IMG/VR virus record: IMGVR_UViG_3300032332_000850
Span: 1 to 31,904 of that record
Strand: one strand, 5' to 3'
Length of the DNA stretch: 31,904 nucleotides
Source of the DNA: a virus
This document shows positions 23,245 through 30,920 of this stretch, piece after piece; positions within the stretch are counted from its first letter, which is position 1, and every line of letters begins with the position of its first letter. Under the pieces are notes generated by a model, which saw only the letters and a list, made by a program, of their open reading frames with translations, was not told where the DNA came from and searched no databases. A program made the position numbers and the translations under genes.

Positions 23245-23493
23245 TTAGTGAGCGAGAATCACGTCACGCAGGCGAGCGTCGGCTACACGGTGGTACTCGC
23301 GAATCGCGGCCTCGCAAGCGAGCGTAAAGTCGAGACGGTCGGCGAGATGACCGCTGTGCGTGTGCAGGCGCTGCGAGCGGTAGATCACCGCGTCGGAGTA
23401 CGCGTAGGCCTTGCTGCGAGCGACCTCGCGACGGTTGACGATGGTGACGACCTTGCCGTTGCTGACGATCAGGTAGGAATACTTGGCGTTCAT
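23245..23493 (-). CDS. Hypothetical early protein (82 aa)
   Basis: Start MNAKYSYL preceded by AAACGAGGAAACCGAA. Confidence 0.5.
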   Translation of the reverse strand: MNAKYSYLIVSNGKVVTIVNRREVARSKAYAYSDAVIYRSQRLHTHSGHLADRLDFTLACEAAIREYHRVADARLRDVILAH

Positions 23494-23519
23494 TTCGGTT
23501 TCCTCGTTTGGAGATTGGA

Positions 23520-23732
23520 TTAGCGGCACGCCTTGTAAGCACGTTCACGAGCACGCTCCACGAGCCGGCGCTGAGACGCCGAGTAAACCATGGGCGTGCC
23601 GTCAGGGCAGATGAATCCATTGGCCAACGCCCATGCGGCGAGGCCATCTTCGTAAGCCTCTTTTACGGCGATGGTGTGAATGTCAGGCTTGCGAACTCGC
23701 GGGCGGCCGGTGATGCTCTTGATCTGGCTCAT
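23520..23732 (-). CDS. Hypothetical early protein (70 aa), first gene after P1
   Basis: Start MSQIKSIT preceded by AAACGAGGAAATTGAA. The longer track ORF would begin inside the promoter. Confidence 0.5.
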   Translation of the reverse strand: MSQIKSITGRPRVRKPDIHTIAVKEAYEDGLAAWALANGFICPDGTPMVYSASQRRLVERARERAYKACR

Positions 23733-23785
23733 TTCAATTTCCTCGTTTGCGTGCGTCGCGGCTGCACGTTGCTGCCGCTGGTATG

Positions 23786-23814
23786 ATGATACTCTCATAT
23801 CGGCACACGGTCAA
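23786..23814 (-). promoter_or_regulatory. Sigma70-like promoter P1: TTGACC, 17 nt, TATCAT
   Basis: The minus strand reads ttgaccgtgtgccgatatgagagtatcat in the 226-nt gap. The spacer contains one ATCGGCAC repeat copy. Confidence 0.6.
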
Positions 23815-23894
23815 CCGCACTTGATCCTGTCGCACGCTTTTTTGATCGGTTTGTTGCAAGTCGGGCGATTATCGGCACTTGCGTACTTGATGGG

Positions 23895-23917
23895 TGTCGC
23901 GGCGATGCGACGCGACA
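23895..23917 (-). promoter_or_regulatory. Hairpin TGTCGCG-N9-CGCGACA
   Basis: 7-bp stem read directly, with no T-run. Confidence 0.4.
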
Positions 23918-23931
23918 GCATTCGGAGCATA

Positions 23932-23953
23932 CCGGAGTGCCGATTCACTCCGG
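23932..23953 (-). terminator. Hairpin CCGGAGTG-N6-CACTCCGG 5 nt after the last late-gene stop (possible terminator, no U-tract)
   Basis: 8-bp perfect stem read directly. One arm and the loop contain an inverted ATCGGCAC copy. Confidence 0.4.
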
Positions 23954-23958
23954 TTGGT

Positions 23959-24243
23959 TCACACCACGCCGCACGCTAACAGTGCTGCTGCGATTGTTCG
24001 TGCCGATGTTGCCACGTCGCGTTCGCTCAGGTGCGGCAGCACCGCGTGCAGCACCTCATGCACGAGCGTGTCGAGCAGCTCGGCATCTCGCTGCTGGCGG
24101 CGAATCCAGATCACGCGCTCGGTGTAATCGCAAAGGCCGTACATCGGCTCATGCTCGCCTGGCGGCACGAGGCCGTCGAAGGTTCGCACGCTCCACGGTT
24201 TCCCGTTTATGGTCAGTTTCCGGCGGCGGAAATCAGCGGGCAT
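23959..24243 (-). CDS. Small HExxH metallopeptidase-like protein (94 aa)
   Basis: LVHEVLHAVLP (HExxH) after ...YGLCDYTERVIWIRR, ImmA/SprT-like in layout. ATG 24243 preceded by GGAG plus 7 nt. Confidence 0.45.
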   Translation of the reverse strand: MPADFRRRKLTINGKPWSVRTFDGLVPPGEHEPMYGLCDYTERVIWIRRQQRDAELLDTLVHEVLHAVLPHLSERDVATSARTIAAALLACGVV

Positions 24244-25144
24244 TTGAAAACTCCCATCGCAGAATGCGGCGGTCCTCGCCGTTGTGCCGATCACGCTCGA
24301 GCCAGACTTTCAGCCACTTCGCCGTGACGGGCTTCGGAGGTTTGCCGGTGATGACATGCCATCCGCCGGCGCCATCGCCGTACTCGTCCTTGTACGTGCC
24401 GACCTTCGCGTATTCGACGAGTCGCTGCACCGGCATGAAGGTGCGGTCAAGGCCGACGCGAACAAAGTCGCGAGTCCACGAATCGTGCGTGTGACCGCTC
24501 ACCATGATGTCGGCATCGACGTAGCCCATTTGCCGCTGTGCCTGGATGTTGTCAACCGTCACGGGTCCGCCGCCTCCGTAGCCGTGAATATACCAGAGTT
24601 TCAGCACTTGCGTCCGCGTGCCATCGACCTGCATGCGAATCACAACCCAACCGGAGTATCCGCCTTTGCGGACCGTGTGACCGGTCGTGAGCGATAGACC
24701 GCTCACCAATCGCTCAGTCAGATCGACCTCGTGGCGCTCGCGGATGCTCGTCTCATGGTTGCCATGCCCCATCACCACGATGCGATCTGCGAATGGCTTG
24801 AGGAACTCGATGCCGGTTCGCGTGAGAGCGTCGAGGTAGTCGCCGCATTGATGCTCGGGCCTGATCGCCGACTTGCTCGAGCGTTTGTCGAACTTGCCTT
24901 GCATCGCACAGTACCAATCGCCGATGTCGATGATCGCCGCACCACGCTCGCGGGCTTGCTCGAGGTGCTTGCGGTAGAGGTCGCGATCGCAATGCGGGTT
25001 GTCCCAGTGAACGTCGCTCGTGATGAGGAACAGCATCTCTCGCTCGCCTTCGAGCGGTGCCACATCGACGACAACGACATTCGGTGCCGGTGCCGTCGTG
25101 CCTAGCACGCAACTAGTCCGCCGCCTCTGCTTCGGTTCGCTCAT
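24233..25144 (-). CDS. Calcineurin-like metallophosphoesterase (303 aa)
   Basis: Motifs SDVHWD, IGDWY, GHGNHE and SGHTHD in canonical order. Start at MSEPKQ (GGAG 8 nt upstream); an alternative start is MLFLITSD at 25036. Confidence 0.7.
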   Translation of the reverse strand: MSEPKQRRRTSCVLGTTAPAPNVVVVDVAPLEGEREMLFLITSDVHWDNPHCDRDLYRKHLEQARERGAAIIDIGDWYCAMQGKFDKRSSKSAIRPEHQCGDYLDALTRTGIEFLKPFADRIVVMGHGNHETSIRERHEVDLTERLVSGLSLTTGHTVRKGGYSGWVVIRMQVDGTRTQVLKLWYIHGYGGGGPVTVDNIQAQRQMGYVDADIMVSGHTHDSWTRDFVRVGLDRTFMPVQRLVEYAKVGTYKDEYGDGAGGWHVITGKPPKPVTAKWLKVWLERDRHNGEDRRILRWEFSNAR

Positions 25145-25418
25145 CGGTGCCGCTCCATTTGCCTTGTGGGCAGTGTTCCCCGCTGCACGTGGTCTTTCCA
25201 GCAGGCCGCTTCGGGTTGGTGGTTTCACCCCAGAGAACAAGGCAGCCGCACGTGGTCGCGGTCGGTGCCACAGGCTTTCCGCAGAATCCAGCCGTGTACG
25301 CGGTGCCCTTGATGCGGAGATGCACGAGCGACGGACACGTACGGCATATCGCCGCACGCGATTCGGCGACGGTGCCGGTGACGCGATCACATCGCATCCA
25401 TTTCGCGAGGCCGAGCAT
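25113..25418 (-). CDS. Cys-rich small protein (101 aa, 8 Cys: CRTC, CGC, CSGEHC)
   Basis: Start trimmed to MLGLAKWM. The ...FCGKP...CGCLV...CPQGKW pattern suggests metal binding. Confidence 0.5.
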   Translation of the reverse strand: MLGLAKWMRCDRVTGTVAESRAAICRTCPSLVHLRIKGTAYTAGFCGKPVAPTATTCGCLVLWGETTNPKRPAGKTTCSGEHCPQGKWSGTDERTEAEAAD

Positions 25419-25432
25419 CGCTTCGACTGGGT

Positions 25433-26371
25433 TCACATCGGCTCCAGCAGAGAGGGGTCGAAGCAGTTGGAACAACCAGGCTCACCAATGAGCGATCCTG
25501 TCGGGTCGCCGTCGGTGGTGCAGGTCAGGTATTGCGTGGTGTAGACCATCGCGACGCTTGATGTCTCGCGTGTCAGGTCTGCGTTGAACGGATTGTTGCT
25601 GACGATGTCATCGGTGTAAGCACCTTGCGTCGAGTTCGACGCGAATGCGAACCGACGCGACTGCGTGAGCGTGCCGTACGAACGGGTGCGGTTGTAGTTG
25701 GTCGAGACGTTGCAGGCCTTCGGATCGCCGTACGCCGGCGTCTCCAGCGTGATCTCCGCAAACGCCTGAGCGGTTGCGACGATGCCGATGGGCGTTGCGG
25801 TGAAGAAGTTCGGCACGAATGCGTTCGGACCGATGAGCGTGCGAAACACGCCGCGTCGATCGTTCGGCAGCACCGGGTAGTATCCGAGCGCTTCGTTGCC
25901 TTCGTAGGTCTCCGCGACGCTAATCGGTTGAATGCGGTTGCCGACGGTCTGCTGTTCAAACGCGGCGGTCGCGTTGTTGAGCGCCCACGCGTAATCGCTC
26001 CATGTGCTGCCGCTGGTTCTCGCGATCACGCACCATTGAGCCTGCCCTTGATGCCGCTGCACCTGATCGGTGATGACCGGATAGTTCGTGCCGATGCCGC
26101 TTCGCGTTTGCTTGGTCTGCGTGATCTGCCACTGAGCGCGAACAACCGCGACGCGTGCTGGAGGCGAGTATCTGACGAGCGTGCTGCCGCCGCCAGAATC
26201 GGCGTAGTTCCCGCCGACGCAGGTAACGTACGGAATCGGTCGCAGCGGTCGCGACGGATCGCACGGGCACTCGTTCGAGGTCTGACAGCAGCACGGCGCA
26301 CCGTTCGCATCGGTCATCAACCTGCGGCTCAGCGTTCGCAGTTTCCGGTCGATGCGAAGGAGTTTCGCCAC
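25433..26371 (-). CDS. Hypothetical tail-module protein (312 aa) with Cys clusters at both termini
   Basis: GTG start without a clear SD (start uncertain; alternative ATG at 26317). CCCQTSNECPC near the N-terminus and CSNC near the C-terminus. Confidence 0.5.
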   Translation of the reverse strand: MAKLLRIDRKLRTLSRRLMTDANGAPCCCQTSNECPCDPSRPLRPIPYVTCVGGNYADSGGGSTLVRYSPPARVAVVRAQWQITQTKQTRSGIGTNYPVITDQVQRHQGQAQWCVIARTSGSTWSDYAWALNNATAAFEQQTVGNRIQPISVAETYEGNEALGYYPVLPNDRRGVFRTLIGPNAFVPNFFTATPIGIVATAQAFAEITLETPAYGDPKACNVSTNYNRTRSYGTLTQSRRFAFASNSTQGAYTDDIVSNNPFNADLTRETSSVAMVYTTQYLTCTTDGDPTGSLIGEPGCSNCFDPSLLEPM

Positions 26372-26375
26372 GGGT

Positions 26376-27275
26376 TCACGTCAAGCCGTTCGCGCCAGTG
26401 CCGATGGGCTGGCGTCCGTTCGTCGCACCGGAGTACGTCGTGATCGTCAGCAACTTCGAGGGGATGACCGTCAAGCCCGGAGCATCTTCCATCAGCGTCA
26501 CAGTGACGGGCCTCTGCAACTTCGAGAAGTCGAGCGTGCCGTTGTAGCCTCCAATGGCAGCGATCGCTCCGCAGTTCACGACCGTGACGTAGCCGCCGTA
26601 GATGCGGAGGTCGCTGATGGTCTCTCCAAAGCAGTCAATGACGACCGAGCCGTTGCACACGTTCAACCCTTCCACGAATCCGGTCGTCGCGAGCGTGCTG
26701 CCTTGGATGCCCTTCTTGAGCAAGTGCTGTCCGCCAGCGACCGTGATCGAGTGAATCTTCGTCGAGCCGACGATGCCGTCGATGGTCGTCGTGCCGCCAG
26801 AAAGCACCCAGCGATACGTCGCCACGCTGCCGATGGTCGGCGAAACGTACAGGCGACCGCTCTGCATGTCAACTCGCTTGACGGTGCCGGTGCCGGTCAG
26901 GAAGGCCGAGCCGCTGCCATTGACTTGGAACAGATCGCAGACGTCGGCGGCGACGTTCGCACCCTGCGGCGTGTAGTAGAACGTGCCGCCGCTCGCGTTG
27001 TATCGGATTCGACCGACCTGCGTGGACGGGTTGTAGTTCGCTGTTTCAATCGCGAACGAACCAGCGGACCCGCCGATGTTGCCGCTGAACCCGGTCAGAA
27101 TGTCGAAGTTGTTGACCGCGACGTATGTGCCTGATCCCGGAGCGAGACCGCCGGTGATCGTCTGCGTGCCGCTCTGTACGAACAGAGTCGGCGTACCCGA
27201 GGTGTAGCCGGTCAAGTCTGACCAGTTGGCCGCGGCGAGAGAAGTTGCTCCAGCGTTCAGAAATGCGTCAGCCAT
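26376..27275 (-). CDS. Putative beta-helix tail fibre/spike protein (299 aa)
   Basis: Gly/Thr/Val-rich with short repeating beta-strand-like segments (…GGTTTIDGIVGSTKIHSITVAGG…VVIDCFG…VTVVNCG…). Lies in the tail-fibre block. Confidence 0.4.
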   Translation of the reverse strand: MADAFLNAGATSLAAANWSDLTGYTSGTPTLFVQSGTQTITGGLAPGSGTYVAVNNFDILTGFSGNIGGSAGSFAIETANYNPSTQVGRIRYNASGGTFYYTPQGANVAADVCDLFQVNGSGSAFLTGTGTVKRVDMQSGRLYVSPTIGSVATYRWVLSGGTTTIDGIVGSTKIHSITVAGGQHLLKKGIQGSTLATTGFVEGLNVCNGSVVIDCFGETISDLRIYGGYVTVVNCGAIAAIGGYNGTLDFSKLQRPVTVTLMEDAPGLTVIPSKLLTITTYSGATNGRQPIGTGANGLT

Positions 27276-27313
27276 GATTCAGGTTCCTTTGAGTTGCTGT
27301 CAGTGTACCACGA

Positions 27314-28765
27314 TCATTCCCACACACAATCAAACGTGATGAGGTGGGCAATCACGCCCGCCGAAGGTGCGGTGCCGATCTTCTTCTTGACGGTCTGGAT
27401 GAACTCGCCTGGCTGAACCGCGATCGGACAATCGAATCGGCAGTTGATCTCACTCAGCACCGTCAACGCCGTCGCGGCGGACGCGACCGACTGGAATCCG
27501 AGAGGCACGCGGCGAGCGAGTTTGACCGTGGCCGATTCGGTGGCGTTGAGAGCGACGGTCGTGCCGCCGAACGCCAGCGACCACGAGGCAACGTAGCCGC
27601 CGCCGGTCAGTGCCGTTTGAACGTGCGATGCGATCTTCACGCCGAACACGAGGAGCGTCTTTCCGGTGATGTTCGCAGTCGGACTCGGATTCTGGTACGA
27701 CTGGACGATGCCGTCGGTCGTGACCGCGAGCGTATCGGTCTCCCAGAACTGACCGCCGAGGCCGGTCGCGAGTGCCGCCGTGGTGTTGGTCGGAACCGCC
27801 GCCGTGGGGTTCGCACTGTTCGCGTAGTTCGCCGTGCTGCCTTGCGTGCCGCCTGCCTGACCTTGATATCCGTTGCCGCCGTTCGCGGCGTTCACGACCA
27901 GCCATGAGCGAGTCGGGTCGTATCCGCCTTTGCTCACGGTGTAGTCGGCGAGTTTGGCACTGATCGCACCGCCAGCGCCGGCGACGGTGTTTCGCTGGCA
28001 GAACGAAAACGGCTGCGAACCCGCCATGAAGCATTGACCGTTGCCGGTCGCGTCCACGTCATAAGTGCCTCGCAGCACGTCGTCGATCCAGAATCGGACC
28101 GAGCGTTCGTTCACGCTCACGACGCAGTGGTAGATGACGTTCGCGGACAGCGAGAGGTTGGTCACGCCGTCGCTCGCCTTGAACGGGCCAACTTGCACTT
28201 CGGTGCCGTTGTAGTTCACCACGCCGTAGACACCGCTTGATGAAGCACGAATGAACGCACCGTCTGACGGCGTGAACGGCGTAGCACCGGGAGTGTAGAG
28301 ACCGCCTTCGATAAATACGCCGGTAGTCATCGAAGCCGAGATGGTGAACGCAAACTCGGCGAATGTCTGATCGGCACCAAGCACCGGGAAGTTTCGCCAA
28401 GTCGTGAGGCACGCCGCTTGCGATGCGGTCGTCACGCCGGTGCTGTTGAGCGAGAGGAAGCCGCTGGCGTACACCTGCGTAAAGCCGGTGTTCTGGACCT
28501 TATATTTTCCGCTGTTCACGGCGGTGTAGTTGAACGTCTCGCTATCCCAGAGCGTATCGACCGACATTCGCAGGCGATAGTCGTCGTCAGTCTCAGGCGA
28601 CAACACGAACCGCGAGCCGGTCGCGGCTCCAGAATCGTTCTCGCTGCTGATCTGGACGAAGCCAGCGTTAGCCTCGGTCGTTGGCGTGTGAACCTCGAGA
28701 GCGTAGTTGCTCGTCACGTTCGCCTTACCCGCGGTGCTGCTGCCGGTAGTGATTTGAACTGCCAT
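27314..28765 (-). CDS. Putative receptor-binding tail protein (483 aa) with concanavalin-A/LamG-like signature
   Basis: …VIYHCVVSVNERSVRFWIDDVLRGTYDV… resembles LamG-type jelly rolls. Largest gene of the distal tail block. Confidence 0.35.
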   Translation of the reverse strand: MAVQITTGSSTAGKANVTSNYALEVHTPTTEANAGFVQISSENDSGAATGSRFVLSPETDDDYRLRMSVDTLWDSETFNYTAVNSGKYKVQNTGFTQVYASGFLSLNSTGVTTASQAACLTTWRNFPVLGADQTFAEFAFTISASMTTGVFIEGGLYTPGATPFTPSDGAFIRASSSGVYGVVNYNGTEVQVGPFKASDGVTNLSLSANVIYHCVVSVNERSVRFWIDDVLRGTYDVDATGNGQCFMAGSQPFSFCQRNTVAGAGGAISAKLADYTVSKGGYDPTRSWLVVNAANGGNGYQGQAGGTQGSTANYANSANPTAAVPTNTTAALATGLGGQFWETDTLAVTTDGIVQSYQNPSPTANITGKTLLVFGVKIASHVQTALTGGGYVASWSLAFGGTTVALNATESATVKLARRVPLGFQSVASAATALTVLSEINCRFDCPIAVQPGEFIQTVKKKIGTAPSAGVIAHLITFDCVWE

Positions 28766-28768
28766 GTG

Positions 28769-29275
28769 TCAAACTCCCATGCACGAGACCTGATATTTGC
28801 CGACGCTTCCGAACGGCGACGAAGCGTACACCGTGAAGCCTGTGCCTGCGACAATGTCGCCGACGGCGATCGTGATGCCTTCGATCGACGCATCTTCCGC
28901 CGAGTTCTCGCCAACGTAGTCGATGATGCTCGTGACAATGTTCGAGCCGCCAGTCACCCACGTTTGTCCGGTCACGACGGTCGAGGTCGAGTGATCGCCC
29001 TTGCCTGTGCCGAAGTCGATGACGGTCGTGACAGCGTTGCCGCTGCCGCCGCTCGACGCAATCGTCAGGTTGCCGCCTGCACCGCCGTCGGTCAGCGTGA
29101 TGCCGGTGCCAGCGGTCAGGGTTCGCTCATTCGTCAGCGTGACGTTTGAACCAAGTACGACGTACGAGGCATTCGTGGGCGCTCCGCCGCCGCCGCCGGT
29201 CGTGATGGTCACGACTCCGACGGCCTGCGTCGTGTCGGTCACGGTGCCGGTCGGGAGTTGAACGTACTTGCTCAC
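28769..29275 (-). CDS. Putative tail fibre protein (168 aa)
   Basis: …TNASYVVLGSNVTLTNERTLTAGTGITLTDGGAGGNLTIA… is a motif I recall from phage tail-fibre N-terminal regions. GTG start with GTGA overlap. Confidence 0.4.
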   Translation of the reverse strand: MSKYVQLPTGTVTDTTQAVGVVTITTGGGGGAPTNASYVVLGSNVTLTNERTLTAGTGITLTDGGAGGNLTIASSGGSGNAVTTVIDFGTGKGDHSTSTVVTGQTWVTGGSNIVTSIIDYVGENSAEDASIEGITIAVGDIVAGTGFTVYASSPFGSVGKYQVSCMGV

Positions 29276-29619
29276 AACACCCCCGTCACGGTCAGGTTCA
29301 GTTCGACGGTTCCGCTGGTCGTCGTGACCTGATACCGCACGAACCGAACGCCTTCGATGTTGACGGCCTGCTGCACGCCGGTCGCGGTGTACGTCACCGC
29401 TCCCCCTGGTACGTCGTACCAGAAGTTGCCGTTGTTCGACACTTGCAGCGTGACGGTGCCAGCGATCGCCGAATCAACCGGCGTGTCGATCTGCGTGACG
29501 ATCTTCGTGTAGCCGCTGACGTTGTAGACAAGGCCGCTCGAAATGCTGGTAAGCATCGCCGCCGGATCAAATCCCGACGTGTTCGTGTTGATCGGAAAGA
29601 GCAGATCGACGGTTGCCAT
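29272..29619 (-). CDS. Hypothetical small beta-rich tail-module protein (115 aa)
   Basis: TAATG overlap with the upstream gene. …TVTLQVSNNGNFWYDV…VRFVRYQV… has a discoidin/CBM-like flavour. Confidence 0.45.
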   Translation of the reverse strand: MATVDLLFPINTNTSGFDPAAMLTSISSGLVYNVSGYTKIVTQIDTPVDSAIAGTVTLQVSNNGNFWYDVPGGAVTYTATGVQQAVNIEGVRFVRYQVTTTSGTVELNLTVTGVL

Positions 29620-30041
29620 TAGTCCTGCGCTCCTGCTGAATCAGGTCCGGGGAACGACGAAGATTCGCCGCCGCCGATGGTGCCCTCGCCGGTAGTCGGC
29701 GGCTGACCCGGCAGCAGAGGTCCGCCGTTTCCATTGGTCAGCAGCCGCATCGCGGTCGCGGCAAAGTTCGACGACGGACAGTCGGCGAAGGCAGGCATCT
29801 CCATGAAGTGCCAGCGGATTCGGTTCGCCTCGGCGGTGCCGATGACAATCGTGCCGGCACGCACGGCGGTGATGTCGAGGTCGTTCGGCCATCGCTGCAT
29901 CGGTGCCTGATTGTTGAGCACGTACACGCCTTCGACGTTCGGATCGTGCACGCCGATCGTGTACGTGATGCCGCTCGCCGGGCCCGGCGAGGTGCCCTGC
30001 ACGCTGGCGATGCGGCCGAGGATGAGGCGAGGGTCTGCCAT
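29619..30041 (-). CDS. Hypothetical tail-module protein (140 aa)
   Basis: TAATG overlap at both ends. Gly/Pro-rich C-terminal tail. Confidence 0.5.
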   Translation of the reverse strand: MADPRLILGRIASVQGTSPGPASGITYTIGVHDPNVEGVYVLNNQAPMQRWPNDLDITAVRAGTIVIGTAEANRIRWHFMEMPAFADCPSSNFAATAMRLLTNGNGGPLLPGQPPTTGEGTIGGGESSSFPGPDSAGAQD

Positions 30042-30919
30042 TAGAGAATCCTTGACGCTCCGGGCAGTTTCTTCCAGCCGAGGCCGCGACCTTCCTCGCT
30101 GTCGCCGGTCGGATACATCTCGTTCAGAATGCAGACCGGCTTCGTCGTCTCAGGACTGAACAACTGGTAGGCTACGAACACGGTGTACGGATTGCGAAAC
30201 AGAGGCGAGTTGGTCGGCCTCGTCGGTTGTGCGATGCCATCGACGAACGTGCAGTAGTCGCAGTCCTGCGAACCGAACACGGGGAAATAAAACGTGCCCG
30301 CGTCGTATTCCCAAGTGTACGAGATGTCGTAGTTGCCGATGTCATCGACCTGCGTGACGTTCGCACCCTCGAAGTGATACCACTTGCCATCGGGCATCAT
30401 GTGCAGCGTGTCGGTCTGCTCGCTGATGATGTCGAGGTTCCGCACGTTTGACACGTTTACGCGGACCGTCAGCGGCCTGATCGTGCGAGTCTCGCTCACC
30501 TGCTTCTTTCCAATCTTCCAAACGGTCTTCGTCAGTTCGTTGCCGTTCGCGTCCTGATTCAGCACGACCGATCGCACCGCGACGGGAATGTCGATCATCA
30601 CCTTCCGCTGCGACCAGCCCCAGTGGTACCAGGTCGGAGCATCGCGGTTCGGTTGCCGCCTAAGGTCGATGAAGCGTGCATCGTTCGAGTAGTTGCAGTC
30701 GACGACGCACGTGCCGCTCGCCTCGCTGCTGACGGAGTACGTGTCGAGTTTGAGAGTCGGAAGCGTCGGATGCTGCGAGCCGAGCACGGGGATGCCGTCG
30801 GCGTTGAGCGCCGCACCCGGCGAAATGTCATCGACGCGAAAGCGACGCATCGCGGTCGCCTTGCCGACGCGATCTCGGGTCTGCGATTGCTCGAGTGCGA
30901 GTTCGTAGGCGGTCGCCAT
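30041..30919 (-). CDS. Hypothetical tail-tip protein (292 aa), distal-tail position
   Basis: First gene after the tape-measure-like gene (TGAtATG junction). No motif recognised. Confidence 0.5.
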   Translation of the reverse strand: MATAYELALEQSQTRDRVGKATAMRRFRVDDISPGAALNADGIPVLGSQHPTLPTLKLDTYSVSSEASGTCVVDCNYSNDARFIDLRRQPNRDAPTWYHWGWSQRKVMIDIPVAVRSVVLNQDANGNELTKTVWKIGKKQVSETRTIRPLTVRVNVSNVRNLDIISEQTDTLHMMPDGKWYHFEGANVTQVDDIGNYDISYTWEYDAGTFYFPVFGSQDCDYCTFVDGIAQPTRPTNSPLFRNPYTVFVAYQLFSPETTKPVCILNEMYPTGDSEEGRGLGWKKLPGASRIL

Positions 30920-30920
30920 A

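Noticed and set aside
25433-29275. A diversity-generating retroelement or other targeted hypervariation system in the fibre genes.
   Set aside because: There is no reverse transcriptase anywhere in the genome. I saw no long near-identical template/variable repeat pair, although a computational self-alignment would be needed to be certain.
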